Numbered from the stretch's first letter, positions 25,630 to 40,680 are shown. The stretch: 64,000 nt of DNA from Octopus sinensis (GCF_006345805.1 NC_043004.1:27156001-27220000), one strand, 5' to 3'. Notes: generated by a model not told the origin, from the sequence alone. Translations and numbers: made by a program.

Positions 25630-28450
25630 TCTTTTTCTTCCTGGGTTATCTATGTCACATTTGAACTCTTTCCCCACAGTTTAAGAGACATAACATTTTC
25701 CTCAACACGTGTTGCTCTGTGTATTGCCACCAATTGTGTAATTCCTATCATGTTTAGTATTTTCAGCTTTACAACATTGCTCTCTTTGAGTTTGTCCCAA
25801 GTGCCCCAGTCATGATAGGTACCACACTCACTTTTGAGGCTTTTTGGAAGCATTTCATTTCAAGTGCTAAGTCTTGGTATATCTTTTGACTTTCTCATTC
25901 TCTGTATAATCAATATTCTGGTCTGCAGGTATATAGCTTTGTCAATGAAGATCCATTCTTTGTATTCCTTCTGGTTGGTTATATTACACTTTCTTAGTTG
26001 TGTAGATTGGCATATCCCACTTGAGTTTCAATTCATCAGTCTCTAGAACTGGCGAAGGTTGGTGCTCATACTACTTGTTGGGACATTCTAACCCATACTT
26101 CTTGCACAACTCCCAGTGCATTTGCACTGCCACTTTGTCATGACATTTTTTGTACTCATTTTGGGCCAGTTTTGAGTATCCACTAATTATGTCTAACTCT
26201 TTCAAATTATTTTTTTTTTTACCTAATCTACACAAAGGTGTCTTTGCAATGCTACACTTGATTGAGTTGGTTTGTAAATCTTGTTCTTGAGCAGCAAGAT
26301 TCAGTCCTTGCGTCTCCTTTTTTAAAAATCCATGTCTAAATCATCTCCAAAATTTATCAGCTTCATTTGGTGTTTGATGCAAAAACTCTCTGTGTACTTT
26401 CTCTTTCTAGTTGATGATCTTTTCTTCGTTGGTCCTTCTTTTGTACTTCTGAAGGGTCTCATCATTATTACTGATCACCATCTCACTCAGTGCAGTTTGT
26501 AGGATTCTACTATCACTAAGATAGGCATGCAAAGACTTGTTCTCCTTTGTAACACTATCCTCTATTCCAACAAATCTTCTTCCATCCACCTTCCTAAGTA
26601 CTTCCTATGTTACTTCTAGTATGACGGCATTCATGCATGGCTGTTATCCTCCTAGTTTTTCTGTCCATGTTGACCCATTCCACAACTCCTGCACAGTAAT
26701 GTACCCCATGTTTACAATCTAAGCATTGTTGCCTTTGGTCAGGTTTACTCTACATAATTTTTTCACTCTTCTGGTAAATCCAGTAGAAATCTTTTTCTAA
26801 TTGTAAAATACCAAGATACTTATAACATTTTCCACTTACTTCTCTTAAGTAGCCATCAGCTGAAAGTTGTACTCCACTGCTGTCTACTTTTCACCCTCTC
26901 ATCAGTTGAAGAACAGTGCATTTATCTAGATCAAATGCCATTTGGATGTCATGTGAGAAAATTCATACAGCCTGAATAAGGGAGTCCAGTTGACCTCAAT
27001 TTTCTCTGTAAAGCTTCAAATCATCCACAAACAGAAGGTGGTCAATTGGTCTCGTGTTCTGTAACCAGTTCTAATTTTCTTCAAAACCAGGGTGAGCAGT
27101 AACTTACAGCAGGGTGACAGGCTATCTCCTTCAAATATTCTCCTCCTGATGCTGATTTGTTCAATTTCCCTTCCATCTGCTTTCAAAACTATCTTCCAGT
27201 TCTTCATAATGCTCCTGATTAAATATGTCATACTTTTAACTGTCTCAACCGTCTTTAGGTTTTTTTAGAATCCATGAGTGAGAAACCATATTGTATGCCT
27301 TCTTATAGCCAGTCCCAGCTGTTGATAAGCTTTTCAACCTTTTCCAACAGTTCTTCAAAATTGTCTATTAGCAACTGATCCTTTATTCCTCCTGTTACCT
27401 TCCTGCAGCAGTCCATTTCTTTCAAGATGGTCCTAGAATCTTTTTCCTATTATACCAGTTAGAAGCCTTTACAGCATAGGTATACCAGCAATCAGATGGC
27501 AGTTACTAGCTTTGGCACTCTTGGCTGGGTCTTTCTGGATCAACACAGTTCTTCCATTGACCATACACTCTCATACAATTCCTTGGTGTACACAACCTTG
27601 CAGGAGCTTTATGTAGCTTAGGATGCAAATTCGTCAATCTCTTACTACATGACTTCAATGATGGCAATCTATTCCTTTCTAAAAGGAGCAGCACATCCAG
27701 AATTCTGTTGCAGAGGAGAGGATACCTAGTTCTGGGCTAATTTCTTCCAGTGACTCTCCAGTACACTAAGGTCTTCTGTAATTTGTACATTACCTCCTTC
27801 CATGTTTAAGCTCTGTTGATTCTCTTGTTCAATGGATATTTCTTCTGGAACAGTAGCTCCCTGCAGTTTTGTTCACACTGCTATTGTGATTTCCTCTGGT
27901 GCAATCTTTTCTATCCACTTCTTGATCTTAATTTGTCTGATCTGATCAGCCAGTCTTTTTTCATTCTCATCCTTCGGCTCATCGTGCTTGTAATATCTTT
28001 TTCCAGAGCTCTAGTAATCTTTTTCTGCAGCCTTGTTTCTTTGATTCATTCCTAATATAACATTCAAGCAACAATTTGTTGTTCTCTTTTGTCCATATTA
28101 ATTTCCTTTGCTGCTGTGGATCAACAGTAACTTGTTTATGACTGGATTTGCACTACTATCCTACAAGACACTATTTTGTTTTAGACATTTCTCTCATGAA
28201 TGAGATGTGTGTTTTAAGATTTCCACCAACCATTTGTTATATTGAGGCACCATCACTTGACAGGTTGTCAACCAAGACTTCTGAGAGGACTGCCTATCTC
28301 ATTGAAGCTGGTTATCCTGTGCCAGTTGCCACCTCCAGTATTCAACCTCGTGGCAAACAAAGAAACTCATATAGTTGGATGGCAATTTACTCAAGTGAGT
28401 TCACCCACTCTTTAATAGGTTTTGGTTTTGTCTTTTAGGGTGTCCAACAA
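25630..28450 (-). mobile_element. Decayed R4/Dong-type non-LTR retrotransposon
   Basis: N-terminus WTKENNKLLLECY..RKRLLELWK..RLADQIRQIK (~27900-28100); RT RRIFEGDSLSP (27016-27231); RLE remnants near 25750-26000; 3' (TAA)/(GAA)n tail 25466-25630. Confidence 0.85.
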
Positions 28451-29313
28451 AAGCCACCCTCCTTTCCAGGTAAGCACTTGATAAGATTGATGAGCCAACC
28501 ATGTAACAGATTGTACGGGATTTCATGTTACCAGTAGCACTGTCATCACTAAATGGATTAATGCTTTCATATGCAGATTAAAACATTGTTTCCTCTTCAC
28601 ATCAGCAAGTAACTTTCTGATGATGATGAAAAGGAAGCAAGTATTTTGTTGCAAGGCTGGTTGTTGTAGGCCTTTCTTCATTGAGTCACCATTTTTGTGG
28701 AATTGAGTTGTCACAAGAAAGATGGAGATTGTATCTTTGTTAGTTGAATGTAAGATCAGGATGGCTGCATATATTACAACAAAAGCAAACTCATGAATAT
28801 TAACAACAGATTTTATTAAGAGAAGAATATGTATGCATACACATATAAATTATGAAATTCTCATTGGTTTCAAGAATAGCATTTAGGAATTGATTTAAGT
28901 GCTTTTGCATGTTCATTCGCTATTTGGAAGGTGAAAGATGAAAGATATGAGTCTACAGCAAATCGCTAAGGTTTTTTTTTTTTTTTTCATAATTTGTTGT
29001 ATGAGAATGAAGATCTGTCCTGCTTGAATGCCAACATCCCTCTACTATGATTTAGGGACCAAACTGCTTAACTAGGAGAAAGAGGGCACAAATCTCAAGA
29101 ACATTCAAGATATTGCTCATGGCATAGCTTCCAGCTGATTGATCAATTTTTAGGTTGTTCATATGAAACTTGTATGATCTAATTGTTGCTTATTCATGAT
29201 CATGCACTGATAATTTCATGGTTGTGGTTCAAACTCCCACAGTTTTAATCTGTTTAGTTATGATTATGATTATGACTTTTATTATTATTGTTGTTGTTGT
29301 TGTTGTTGTTGTT

Positions 29314-29858
29314 GAGTAAGATAGTATTGCATGCCATCAAGGAGATGCTGGGGTACAAATATATAAAGTTCAATATATCTATCATGATTACCCATCTGAT
29401 AAGGGTGCACCAGGCACATGCATCACAACCATATATGCATGACATGGTGATCGCATTTTAAGATAAACTGCACATGACCTTGTAGATGGAATTCAATTAG
29501 AATTTTCTTCAAGCTGAGTAGCCCAACCCACTCAAAAGTCTCTGAAAAAGGTTTGTTTAAGGATGATGAATGAAACATTCTTGTTTCCAGAGGGGAATTA
29601 TTCAAACCCCAAAGAATTCCTTTCAACACATGGCTATGATGCTCTCCCACAACTTCTGCTTGTGATCAGAGATGCACATATCGTCAGCCATTATGGGACA
29701 TGCTCAACTGGTTAAGGTGAAACAGTTGACAAACAAATTTGTGGTATTGAGTAGAATATTTGGTGTAGTCCATCTTTTACACTAAGACAAAACATACATG
29801 ATAACACTTCCAATCAGTTAAGATCAGAAGCCATGATAGCCATTGTCTGTTACTGCAT
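29314..29858 (-). mobile_element. ~550-bp (AAT)n-flanked element, copy 2
   Basis: Reverse complement of 3163-3718; (AAC/AAT)n tail at 29280-29313. Confidence 0.85.
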
Positions 29859-29869
29859 TATTTTCATGC

Positions 29870-31032
29870 ATTTGTGTACATTTAAACTAATTAAATATTA
29901 TTTTACAGAATAATAGAATTAAAATTTCTTTGATTAAAACCCTTTCTAACATGGAGGTATCAAAAGAGCATTTGAGGAACATAATGCTTTATGAGTACAA
30001 AGAAGGAAACTCTGCAGCCAAAGCGACTCAAAACATACACTCAGTTTATGGGAAAGAATGCTTGAATGAAAGAACTTGCAGAAGATGGTTTGCAAAATTC
30101 AGAAGTGGAGATTTCCGCCTTGAAGATGAAGATCAAACAGGACATGCAGTTGAGTTTGATGATAAGCTCCTTGAGGCATTACTTGAAGAAAATCCTGCAT
30201 TATCAGTTGAAGAATTGTCATTAAAGTTTAGTTCAAACAATAACAACTTGGAAAGGTTCCGAAACTTAGAAAATGTGTTCCTCATGGATTGTCCAAAAGC
30301 AAGCACAAATCTCGAGTTGACGTCTGCTCTTCTCTCCATTCTTGTGAACTCATTTGACCCTTTTCGGATAGACTTGTGACTGGTGACAAAAAATGGATCT
30401 TCTATCGAAATGTTAAATGTCGTAAACAGTGGCTTGGTAAAAGGGAAAATGCTCAACCACAACAGAGAAAGGAACTTCATGGAAAAAAGGCTCTTCTCCC
30501 CATCTGATGGGATTGCAAAGGAGTAATTCACTTTGAATTGTTACCACCTAATGCAACAATCAATGCTCAAGTCTACAGTCAGTAATTTGAGTGTTTAAAT
30601 CAAGCTTTGATGAAAAAAAGACCTACTTTAGTGAATCAGGAAGGAGTGACGTTTCATCAGGACAATGTGCAACCCCACACTGCAAAGATCACATCACAGA
30701 AGATCGAAGAGCTTGGTTGGGAAAAAATTCCTCATCCACCATATTCTCCTGACCTTGCTCCTTCAGATACCATTTGTTCTGTAGTTTACAGAATCATTTG
30801 GGGGACATAACTTTCGCAAGCCAGGAGGAGATCGAAACTGACATTTCAGAGTTCTTTGCTTTGAAACCATAAGAGTTTTACTTTGATGAGATTAAAAAAG
30901 CTTGTAAATTGATGGAAGGAAGGCATAGATAATCATGGAAAGTACACTGATGATTAAATTTCAATTAAATATTACATTTGATCACTTGTTTTCTTTATTC
31001 AAAATTCAGACAGAACTTATGGGATGACCTGA
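29870..31032 (+). mobile_element. mariner transposon (DD34D), left end lost, transposase pseudogene
   Basis: MEVSKEHLRNIMLYEY..WFAKFRSGDFRLEDE; VTGDKKW; HQDNVQPH..PYSPDLAPSD with 34 residues between the Ds; right TIR ..ttatgggatgacctga+TA. Confidence 0.9.
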
Positions 31033-31155
31033 TATTAACATGTTGGACAAGATGGATAAACAGCATTTCTTCCAGTTCTTTACATCCTGAGTTCAAATCC
31101 TGCCAAGGCAAACTCAGAGTCGATATAGTAAAATATTAGTCAAATACTGGCATCA

Positions 31156-31221
<66 letters not shown>

Positions 31222-31827
31222 TGCTTCTTATTGTTGGGAATATATAGTGTTACTTCTTCTGAGAACTTCAGTTGTTTCCTCCTGTTGACTTCCAGTTGCC
31301 AGTCTTTTGCTTTTGCTAGTGGCTTGAAGAAGGCCTACCAACTGGTGTCTTCTTCTTGCCAGGTGTGTCAAAGAAAATACAAAACACTGAAGTATTCATC
31401 TTAGGAGAGCTTCTCCTTTAAATGTATAGTGCTAAAAAGCACAGAAGCATTGGCAGCAGAGGTAAAACATCCACCAGTGGTGGTGGAATTACTAGATCTG
31501 TGATTTTTGTGTATTTGCTTGTTAACAATTGATAGTATTTGCCATCTCTGCAAACTTAGATCAATTTTGTCTTTACTGATATAGAAAAGCAGTACTTAAT
31601 GAGTCACTGGTGTCACAAATAGCTGGTGGAATGGCTAAGAATTTGTTATTAGTGATGGAAACAGTATTAGATCAGAATAGCATTCTGTATATCTTACTTA
31701 ATGTGAATATACTGTAAGAAAGCTGAATGCTTATCGTCTGCTCCTGATACTTTTGTTCCTTTTAGCAATATGCAGGTATATGAAATTCTTTTCCAAGATT
31801 AATACTGCAGGGTTGTGGTTTTCTTAC

Positions 31828-32234
31828 AGAGTGGTTGTGTGGTAAGTAGCTTGCTAACCAACCACATGGTTCCGGGTTCAGTCCCACTGTGTGGCATCTT
31901 GGGCAAGTGTCTTCTGCTATAGCCCCGGGCCGACCAATGCCTTGTGAGTGGATTTGGTAGATGGAAACTGAAAGAAGCCTGTTGTATATATGTATATATG
32001 TGTGTGTATGTGTTTGTGTGTCTGTGTTTGTCCCCCTAGCATTGCTTGACAACCGATGCTGGTGTGTTTACATCCCCGTCACTTAGCGGTTCGGCAAAAG
32101 AGACCGATAGAATAAGTACTGGGCTTACAAAGAATAAGTCCTGGGATCGATTTGCTCGATTAAAAGGCGGTGCTCCAGCATGGCCGCAGTCAAATGACTG
32201 AAACAAGTAAAGAGTAAGAGTAAAGAGTAAGAGT
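31828..32234 (+). mobile_element. tRNA-derived SINE family A, full length
   Basis: A box gtggttgtgtggtaag, B box gggttcagtcccac, ccttgggcaagtgtc core, internal (TG)n, (agta) tail. Confidence 0.9.
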
Positions 32235-32903
32235 ATATCCATGTTAAAATAAGATATATGGAATGATATATAGAGAAACAAAAAAGAATGAAAACGCATT
32301 GTCAATGATTTATTTAAATTTTGTAACATGCAGCTACTAGCTACCATTAAACTCAGAAATTCTGATAAGCATGCCTCTCCTTTCCTATGACATGGACACT
32401 GATCAATAAAGTAGGAGTCAGTCAGCCTGAGTTTACTAATATAAACTCTCCTACATTATTCCAGTGTATACTAAACTTAACAAAAGCATTCTAATTTCAA
32501 AAATAATAGGAGGGATCTTAATTCTTCTCTTTCTATGGCATTTTAGTTGATCTAATGAAGGGCTGTTTAAATATGCAAATTGCAATCTGTAAAGCTTGAG
32601 CCATGCCAGGCTATTCAAAACGTGTATAAGCTAAAAATATTGTTGATAATGCAGCTTCATTCTTTTCCTTTTTTCTGGTATATTTTCTGACTAATACCTC
32701 AAATTAGACTGCTGTTTGCCCTTAGATTTACAAATTGTACCTGTCAAAGGAAAAGAATAAAAACTTATTAGGATTACCAGGTAATAACTAGACAATTTAG
32801 TCAGCCTCGTATAGAGTACTTAAAAAGGTATTTGCCTGGATTTATTTAATCTTTATTTTCATTCGTATATAGAGATGTGTGTGTGTGTGTGTGTATTTGT
32901 GTG

Positions 32904-32943
<40 letters not shown>

Positions 32944-33557
32944 TGTGTGTGTGCGCGCATGCGCATTGGCTCCCAACAATAAGAATGACTCAGAATGTGA
33001 TGACCTACCCAGCATTAAAAGTAAATGTAAAATGATAAGGATGAGGATCTATCTGTCTGTCTATACACTCACACACACACCAACAAAACTGTCCATCCTT
33101 ATGTTTGAAGAAAAAGATAAAAGATGAATTTATTGTGCTGCTAGTCTTAAGAGAACATGCTGTGTGTATGAAAGTCATTGTGTGGAGCTGTCCTGGGAGA
33201 CAACTGTTCATATGGTCTAGGTAATGGTAGTGGTGAGTTCTAGTGATGGTGACGGTAGTTGTTGTTATGGTAATGATAGTGGTAGTATTGATTGTAATGG
33301 TAGTAGTAGTGGTGGTGGTGGTGGTGGTAGTAGTAATTGTGAAGGTAGTCATGATGGTGGTGGTAATGGTATTGCTGTAGACTGTGGTAGTATGAATGGA
33401 CTAGACTGGAGTAGAATGAAATATGACTGAAGATTAAAGGCTATGAGTTACTCCAGCAAAATTCTTCAATATAACCCTCTACTGAGATATTTCTTCTGTT
33501 ATTTCACCCTATTCACATTCTTATTTATTATACTAACCATTATATTTAACTACTATA

Positions 33558-33965
33558 GGCGTAGGAGTGGCTGTGTGGTAAGTAGCTTGCTTACCAACCA
33601 CATGGTTCCAGGTTCAGTCCCACTGCATGACATCTTGGGCAAGTGTCTTCTGCTATAGCCTCAGTCAGATCAAACCCTTGTGAGTGGATTTGGTAGACGG
33701 AAACTGAAAGAAACCTGTCGTATATATGTATATATATATGTGTGTGTGTACATGTGTGTATACGTTTTGTCTCCCCCATCATCACTTGACAACCGATGCT
33801 GGTGTGTTTACGTCTCTGTAACGTAGCAGTTCGGCAAAAGAGACTGATGGAATAAGTACTAGGCTTACAAAGAATAAGTCCTGGGGTCGATTTGCTCAAC
33901 TAAAGGCGATGCTCCAGCATGGCCACAGTCAAATGGCTGAAACAAGTAAAAAAGTACAAGAGTAC
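33558..33965 (+). mobile_element. tRNA-derived SINE family A, full length
   Basis: Collinear with the 31828 and 34181 copies. Confidence 0.9.
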
Positions 33966-34180
33966 TATGCTTAACAAATTATGTAACGTCTCGGGAATTC
34001 TCTCTGATTGTTAGCTTGTCATCATGTACATATTGTAGTGACCATCAACTGACTACAAGGTGCCACCAGGTGGAGCAAATGTGAATATTTAGATTTTGTT
34101 TCACTGATTTAATGTGACATATATCAGATCCCCACAGCTAAATGTTCACCAACAACTAAGAAATCACTATGCTAGTGATA

Positions 34181-34583
34181 GGCGCAGGAGTGGCTGTGTG
34201 GTAAGTAGCTTGCTTACCAACCACATGGTTCCGGGTTCAGTCCCACTGCGTGGCACCTTGGGCAATTGTCTTCTGCTATAGCCCTGGGCCGACCAATGCC
34301 TTGTGAGTGGATTTGGTAGACGGAAACTGAAAGAAGCCTGTCGTATATATGTATATATGTGTATGTGTGTGTGTTTGTGTGTGTTTGTCCCCCTAGCATT
34401 GCTTGACAACCGATGCTGGTGTGTTTACGACCCTGTCACTTAGCGGCTCGGCAAAAGAGACCGATAGAATAAGTACTGGGCTTACAATGAATAATTCCCG
34501 GGGTCGATTTTCTCGACTAAAGGCGGTGCTCCAGCATGGCCGCAGTCAAATGACTGAAACAAGTAAAAGAGTAAAGAGAGAGT
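34181..34583 (+). mobile_element. tRNA-derived SINE family A, full length
   Basis: ggcgcaggagtggctgtgtggtaag...ccagcatggccgcagtcaaatgactgaaacaagtaaaagag. Confidence 0.9.
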
Positions 34584-35304
34584 AGTCATAACCAAATCTT
34601 TCTGATATTACATCATAACATCTTAAAAAGAACACTTACACATCACATGATGTTGTCCTAGTTGCACTCTCAGACAAGATGATCATGGAGATAATATTTT
34701 CGATCATAGAGTTTGTTCAATTCACAGCTGACAGATGGACTCATACATCAATAACAATGACAAGCAACAGCACTCTCAAACTGAAGAATGTTACTATTTG
34801 TCTGTTCATCTGTCTCTCTCTCACTCTCTCTCTCTCTTTATCCACTTCCACACACACTCTTTATTACCCTTTACTTTTTCTTCATTTACAGCCAACCCCT
34901 CTCTCTTTTTCTCTGCATTCTATTTTCCCCGTCAGCCTCTGTCTTGTCCTCCACTCACTATCACTCTTCCTCCTCCTACTTTTCATTCCCACACCTTAAA
35001 CAATCTCTTAACCATTCTTTTCACTACCTTTCTTCATGAACTGTAATTAATTATTGTCTCTTACATGTTCAAACATGTCCCCTACATAGACACACACACA
35101 CACACACACACACTTATGCATACACACTCACACATGTGCATACACAAACACACTCATGCATACACACACATATACAACATACACACAGCCATACATGCAT
35201 ACAGAAAAATGACACACACACACACACATCTACACGTGCACTAACACATCAACATCTTTTACGTTAACCTGTCTTTCCACTTGAAACCAGGTCAATTACA
35301 ACAT

Positions 35305-35354
<50 letters not shown>

Positions 35355-35740
35355 TAACTTGTCTTTTCATTTGAATCATCTCAATTCATACTTATTGTGG
35401 GGTTAAGAAAGTAATTTCATGACATGTTCTCAAGTTCAATACCACTTCAAAGCACTTTGGGCCCAACCAAACCCGTGTGTGAAATTTTAGAGAAGAGATG
35501 AATTGTTTGGAAGCCCATCAGAAAGATAGCTCCCTGTTCTGAGATAGCAGACTCAATGCCCATTGATTTATTACCATCACCTGGTCATTGAGCAGCTTTT
35601 CTGGTGGTTACTCTGCCACAGGATAACCTGCTCATTCCTTTCAACTAATATTACAGATATAAAAACTGTCCTTTCTTTCTGTGGTTTAAAAAAACATATT
35701 TACAGACTTATGGTTCTCAAGAGGGAGGAGAGGAAGGAAA

Positions 35741-35843
35741 AGAAGAAGAAGAAGAAGAAGAAGAAGAAGAAGAAGAAGAAGAAGAAGAAGAAGAAGAAGA
35801 AGAAGAAGAAGAAGAAGAAGAAGAAGAAGAAGAAGAAGAAGAA
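35741..35843. repeat. (GAA)n microsatellite
   Basis: Direct inspection. Confidence 0.95.
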
Positions 35844-36011
35844 GGTTGATTTGGGTGCTACCATAGCAGTTGAACCATTGCATTGAATCATTTAGTTCTG
35901 GGTTCAGTTCTACTGCATAACGTCTTGGTTAAGTGTCTCCCATTGCACTGTACTAACAACAGGGCCTTGTGAGTGAATTTGGTACACTGAAATTAAAACA
36001 AGTCTGTTGTT

Positions 36012-36069
<58 letters not shown>

Positions 36070-36124
36070 ATGTATGTATGTATGTATGTATGCATGTATG
36101 CATGCATGCATGCATGCATGTATG

Positions 36125-36155
<31 letters not shown>

Positions 36156-36181
36156 TTATTTTTACTGTTTACCTATATATA

Positions 36182-36235
<54 letters not shown>

Positions 36236-36628
36236 GTGCATTATGTCAGGTTGCTCTTGAGTGCTACTGGTAACATGTAATCCAGTACAACCTATTATAT
36301 GGTCGGATTGTCAGCGACTAAATTGGCAACCCCACCAGGTTTGCTTGGTGAGGCAGGTGCTTTTGGACAGCCTGCAGAATGGAAAATAAGACCTGTCAAA
36401 GGCTAGATGAACTCCTGAACAGTAAATGGCCATCCAACAAGATGTCTGCAAATATGTGTATATCTTTTTTGTTCCTTCTTATATGTATATAAATGTATAT
36501 TTTTACTTGTATATATTTACTTAGATATATATATATATTATTTTAAATCTTTTACTTTTCTTTACTTTTCTTTATACAATATTATTTATATGTAATTCTT
36601 ATTCACACATCGTACCTTTTTTTATTTT

Positions 36629-36672
<44 letters not shown>

Positions 36673-36679
36673 TTGATCA

Positions 36680-37755
36680 CTTTGAAGAGTGTTTGTGTGT
36701 CAGTTTGGTGTCTGGAATGGGATAGCTTAACTCATGGGCAGGTAGAAGCTCTTTAACCTTGGTTGGTGATCTACCTAGGAGAAAGAAATCTCCGGAATAA
36801 GACCTGAGGCCTTGGAGGTTCCTGGTTTTGTCAATTTTCATGTCACACTGGCAAAAGTCTTCTTGGGCCAATAGGTGGGGTAGTGCAGTGCAAGCTACAT
36901 CCACTGAAAATTATTCATCTGCACAGCTACTTCCTGTACTCCAAATCTTAGTAAAATCATTAAATTGGTTGGTTGGCAGAAACCTAAAAATGCACTTGTA
37001 ACTTACTCTGAAATGTCTCAAACAGATTTAGTAAATGGCAAAAAAGGCTTGGGAATGTCAGGGGTACAGGTTTGGCTTGGCAGATGTCCCAGTGTATCAC
37101 AGGCTGTACCTGGACATCTTCCTGCCCCTGTGGTCAAACAATCTTCAAGAATAAGTAAAAATAAACATCCTTTGAATTTTGGTTGTTGGAATGTGCACCC
37201 ACTTCTTGATGGTAATTTCAACAAGAGGCAGAAAGGCATACTACACTTATTGCATGTGAGCTTAAGAAATATTCCCTTGATATAGTTGCGCTCTCTGAAA
37301 CTCGTCTTTCTGGTGAGGGTCAAGTAAATGAGCCTATTTATGGATATACTAACTTTTGGAGAGGCCTACCTAAGGGTCAGCGTAGAGAGTCTGATGTTGG
37401 GTTTGCCCTCAAAAATACATTAGTATCTTCTATTGCAGAGCCTCCAAGTAGTATATCTGAGTGGATCATGTCATGCCATATTAAACTGGCAAAAAGTAGG
37501 TTTCTTACTGTTGCCAGTATTCATGTACCAGCAATATCCCATTCTGATGAAACTGTAGGACATGCAGATGATAGAAAAAATTGAACACTTTCCAGTTATA
37601 GAAGAGATGGCATTTGAACCAACTCTAAAAGACATTTATTTAGCTGTGAATAAGCTGAATAACAATAAGTCTCCAGTGTTTAATGGAATCTGTGCAGAAG
37701 TCTTGAAATATGGGGATGACAAAATGTTTGAACTCTTAAACATATTAATTTGTCA
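36680..37755 (+). mobile_element. RTE/BovB-like LINE 5' part (APE endonuclease fused by deletion to the pre-RT region)
   Basis: LNFGCWNV..DIVALSETRLSGEGQ..SDVGFALK (37170-37420), then EPTLKDIYLAVNKLNNNKSPVFNGICAEVLK (37562+). Confidence 0.85.
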
Positions 37756-37756
37756 C

Positions 37757-38121
37757 TGTTGTGCACCACATCTGATGCTTATTATGTCCAACTTTTCTCT
37801 CAAGATGCTTACACTCTGTCGTACATGCACGCTGACACTGCGCATCCAGCAAACCATGCTAGCTTCGTTTCAATCAAGCTTATGTATGTTTTTGGCAGTT
37901 ACAGCCCATGTCTCACTGCTGTGTAGCATAGCTGTTCATACACAGGCGTCATACAGTCTGCCTTTCACCCTGAGAGAAAGGCTTTTTGTTGCCAACAGAG
38001 GTAGGAGCTCTCTGAACTTTGCCCAGCCTATTCTTATTCTCACTGCTACATTCTCAGAGCATCCACCTCTGCTACTGATTTGGTCACCTAGATAACAGAA
38101 GCTATCAATTACCTCAAGCAT
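37757..38121 (-). mobile_element. Second RTE-clade LINE fragment, opposite strand
   Basis: LEVIDSFCYLGDQIS..RIRIGWAKFRELLPLLATKSLSLRVKGRLYDACV. Confidence 0.85.
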
Positions 38122-38206
38122 TTCATAGGGGTCTATTTATAGTGTTTAATTTTAGTGTTTATTGTGCCTGTGCACCTCTCACACACAGAAACTATTTTCA
38201 TACAAA

Positions 38207-38245
<39 letters not shown>

Positions 38246-38675
38246 TATCAAATAATGAAAATGAGTGCTCGACACTCCATTGGTGGATGAAAATTTTTGT
38301 TAATGGTTATCAATCCTTTCATATGAAGCATATTTTCCAAAATGGAGACAAACACCAATGTTCTATGTGACAGGTTTGATAATTGTTGATAGACTTCCTT
38401 TAATATGAAACGAATGGCAGCCTTAACCCACATATATGTATGTGTGTGTGTGTGTGTGTGTTAATGTTTCCTTGCCATGACATTATGTAATAGTTGAAAC
38501 TGAGTGTCACCATCATGCAAGTGATATCCTTTGTTTCCAGGATTCTCTGAAAACATGTGTGCTCATAGGGAAATATTACTTTACTTAAAAACAGGCAAGG
38601 ATTGGTAGCTGGTGACAAGAAGGGCATCCATCCATAGAAAGTCCACCTCAACAAATTTTGTCCCATTCATGCAAT

Positions 38676-40570
38676 TGTAGTGAGTCAGGAAGCCCTAGTT
38701 TGTTGTCATGTATTATCATGGTTGTGCTTGGGTAATATCTACTAATCAGAGCTTGCCTTGTATTAATACAAGCAGCAGACGTCTGTCCAGTGGTAATCAT
38801 GTCTTTGGTTAGTTAGTAGCAGACTTCAACATGAGCATCATCTATTTTCAACAGTCACTGGAAATACATGGGACAACTAACATGACTTTTCCATCATGGA
38901 ACAGATACCTGCTTTTCGCATCAACTTAGCGCTGCAAACTACTGGATTACATTATGCTTGTCATGCTGACCACATCCTGAACATCTTATATGGTTTTCTT
39001 TTTTGTTAGCTTCATCTTGCAATCCCCCTTACCATCTGTCCATTCCAACACTATCTATACTGAGTGGCTCATTCTTGTCACTGCTAACTCATAATTACTT
39101 CCAACTGCTAGCTGATTAATTCTGACTACTAGCTTGTCTTAGCTTGCAACTAAATCATTCATGCAAACGTAAGTTATTTAGCTTCCCTGACTCACATGCA
39201 TACACTTACAGGCCACATGTCTCACTACTTGTCACTACTTGTTCTACTACTAAATAAATTACAATGTTTATTCTTAAATTGCCCACCTTTTACATTGCAT
39301 CTTTACTATTACATTGACTTTCTATATTGTTTACCTATTGCTTTTGTAACACCAGTATGAATCACTTTACATTACCAGTGTTTAGTGGTAATGTAAAAGT
39401 TTGGTTTGCACAAATGGAGGCACATTTCACTGCAAACAATATTAAATCGAAGCAACAGCTACACATATTGTTGAGCACAATCGCTACTTCCTTGGCTGCT
39501 CATTTGCATCCTATTTTTCAATAAAAAATGAAATCCTCCATCAGATGTTTATTTCAGCAAAGAAACACTTTCAGACATTAGTTAATGAAGAACACTTGGG
39601 TGACCACATGCTGACCCAACTCCTTTGCAGGATGCAAGAACTTACAGAGGGAGCATTTGTGGACAATGCAATGCTTAAACAGCTTTTCTTCTCCCATTTG
39701 CCATCAAATGTACAGGCCATCTTGCCCCAATAATGGGGGTCAGTTCTGTGGACAGTTGGATTCCTCAGCTGACAAGATATTAGATTACACTGGTGACAGT
39801 GTTGCCAACACACCTGCCCAGTTTCCTGCTACTGTTTCTCCTTCGTCTCCAGTAGCATCTGTTTCATTGGATCCTGATTCAATGCAAGCAGCAACCCTAC
39901 AGGCCATTCTGGAGTTGACTGGAGAGGTCAAACTTTTATGTGCTGAACAGAATTCTTCTCCACGCCAAAGGTCATTCAGTCATTCTTCCTTTCCTAGATG
40001 ACATTCTTTCTTCATCAACACACTGCTGGTATAATAGATGTTTTGGTGCTGCTGCTCAGAAATGTTCTCAACTGTGTGCTTATTCAAGTCAGGGAAACCC
40101 CAGAGTGGGACACTGTGCACAGCAGCTGCTCCCTCATAATTGTGCATTTTTTGTTGAAGACTTATTATCACACAAACTTTTCCTTGTTGATTCTGGTGCT
40201 GCCTGCAGTATTTGGCCATTTAAATTCATTAAAGACAAACCTCCTCTTTCTGCAATTACCCTGCAAATTGTGAACCACTTGCCCATACAGATGTATAGTC
40301 AAGTCTCTCTTTCATTGCATTTGGCTCTGTGAAGAGATTTCAAATGGATTTTCCTAATCGCTGACCTGACTTACCCAATTCTTGGTGAGGATTTTCTCCA
40401 CCACTACTCTCTCATGGTTGATGTTCTTAAGCATTGGCTTTTGAACAGCACTATGGACCTTTCTATTTTTAGCCAAAAATTGAGTACTTCATCAGTTAGC
40501 TCAGTTAATATGGAAACCCATATTAATCACAGCGTCTGGAAACCCATATCAATCAATTTCAGACTCTTTC
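38676..40570 (+). mobile_element. Ty3/Gypsy LTR retrotransposon remnant (putative LTR, gag, aspartic protease)
   Basis: TGTAGTGAG start; gag VKVWFAQMEAHF, LGDHMLTQLLCRMQ..LKQLFFSHLP, CWYNRCFGAAAQKC; protease FLVDSGAACSIWP..PILGEDFL; RT/IN absent. Confidence 0.8.
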
Positions 40571-40680
40571 CCAGAGTTCACCAACCTGAATTTCCAAGTG
40601 AGTAATCTTGTTCACTCAACGAAAATGATGATGAACTGGTGCTCCAGTGTTTTCCCGTCCTCATCATCTGCTTCTGGAAA

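Noticed and set aside
36245-36810. HDV-like ribozymes at RTE-type 5' ends (36245-36345 and 36715-36780)
   Set aside because: Partial pairings found, but no consistent P1/P2/P3/P1.1 double pseudoknot could be assembled by eye
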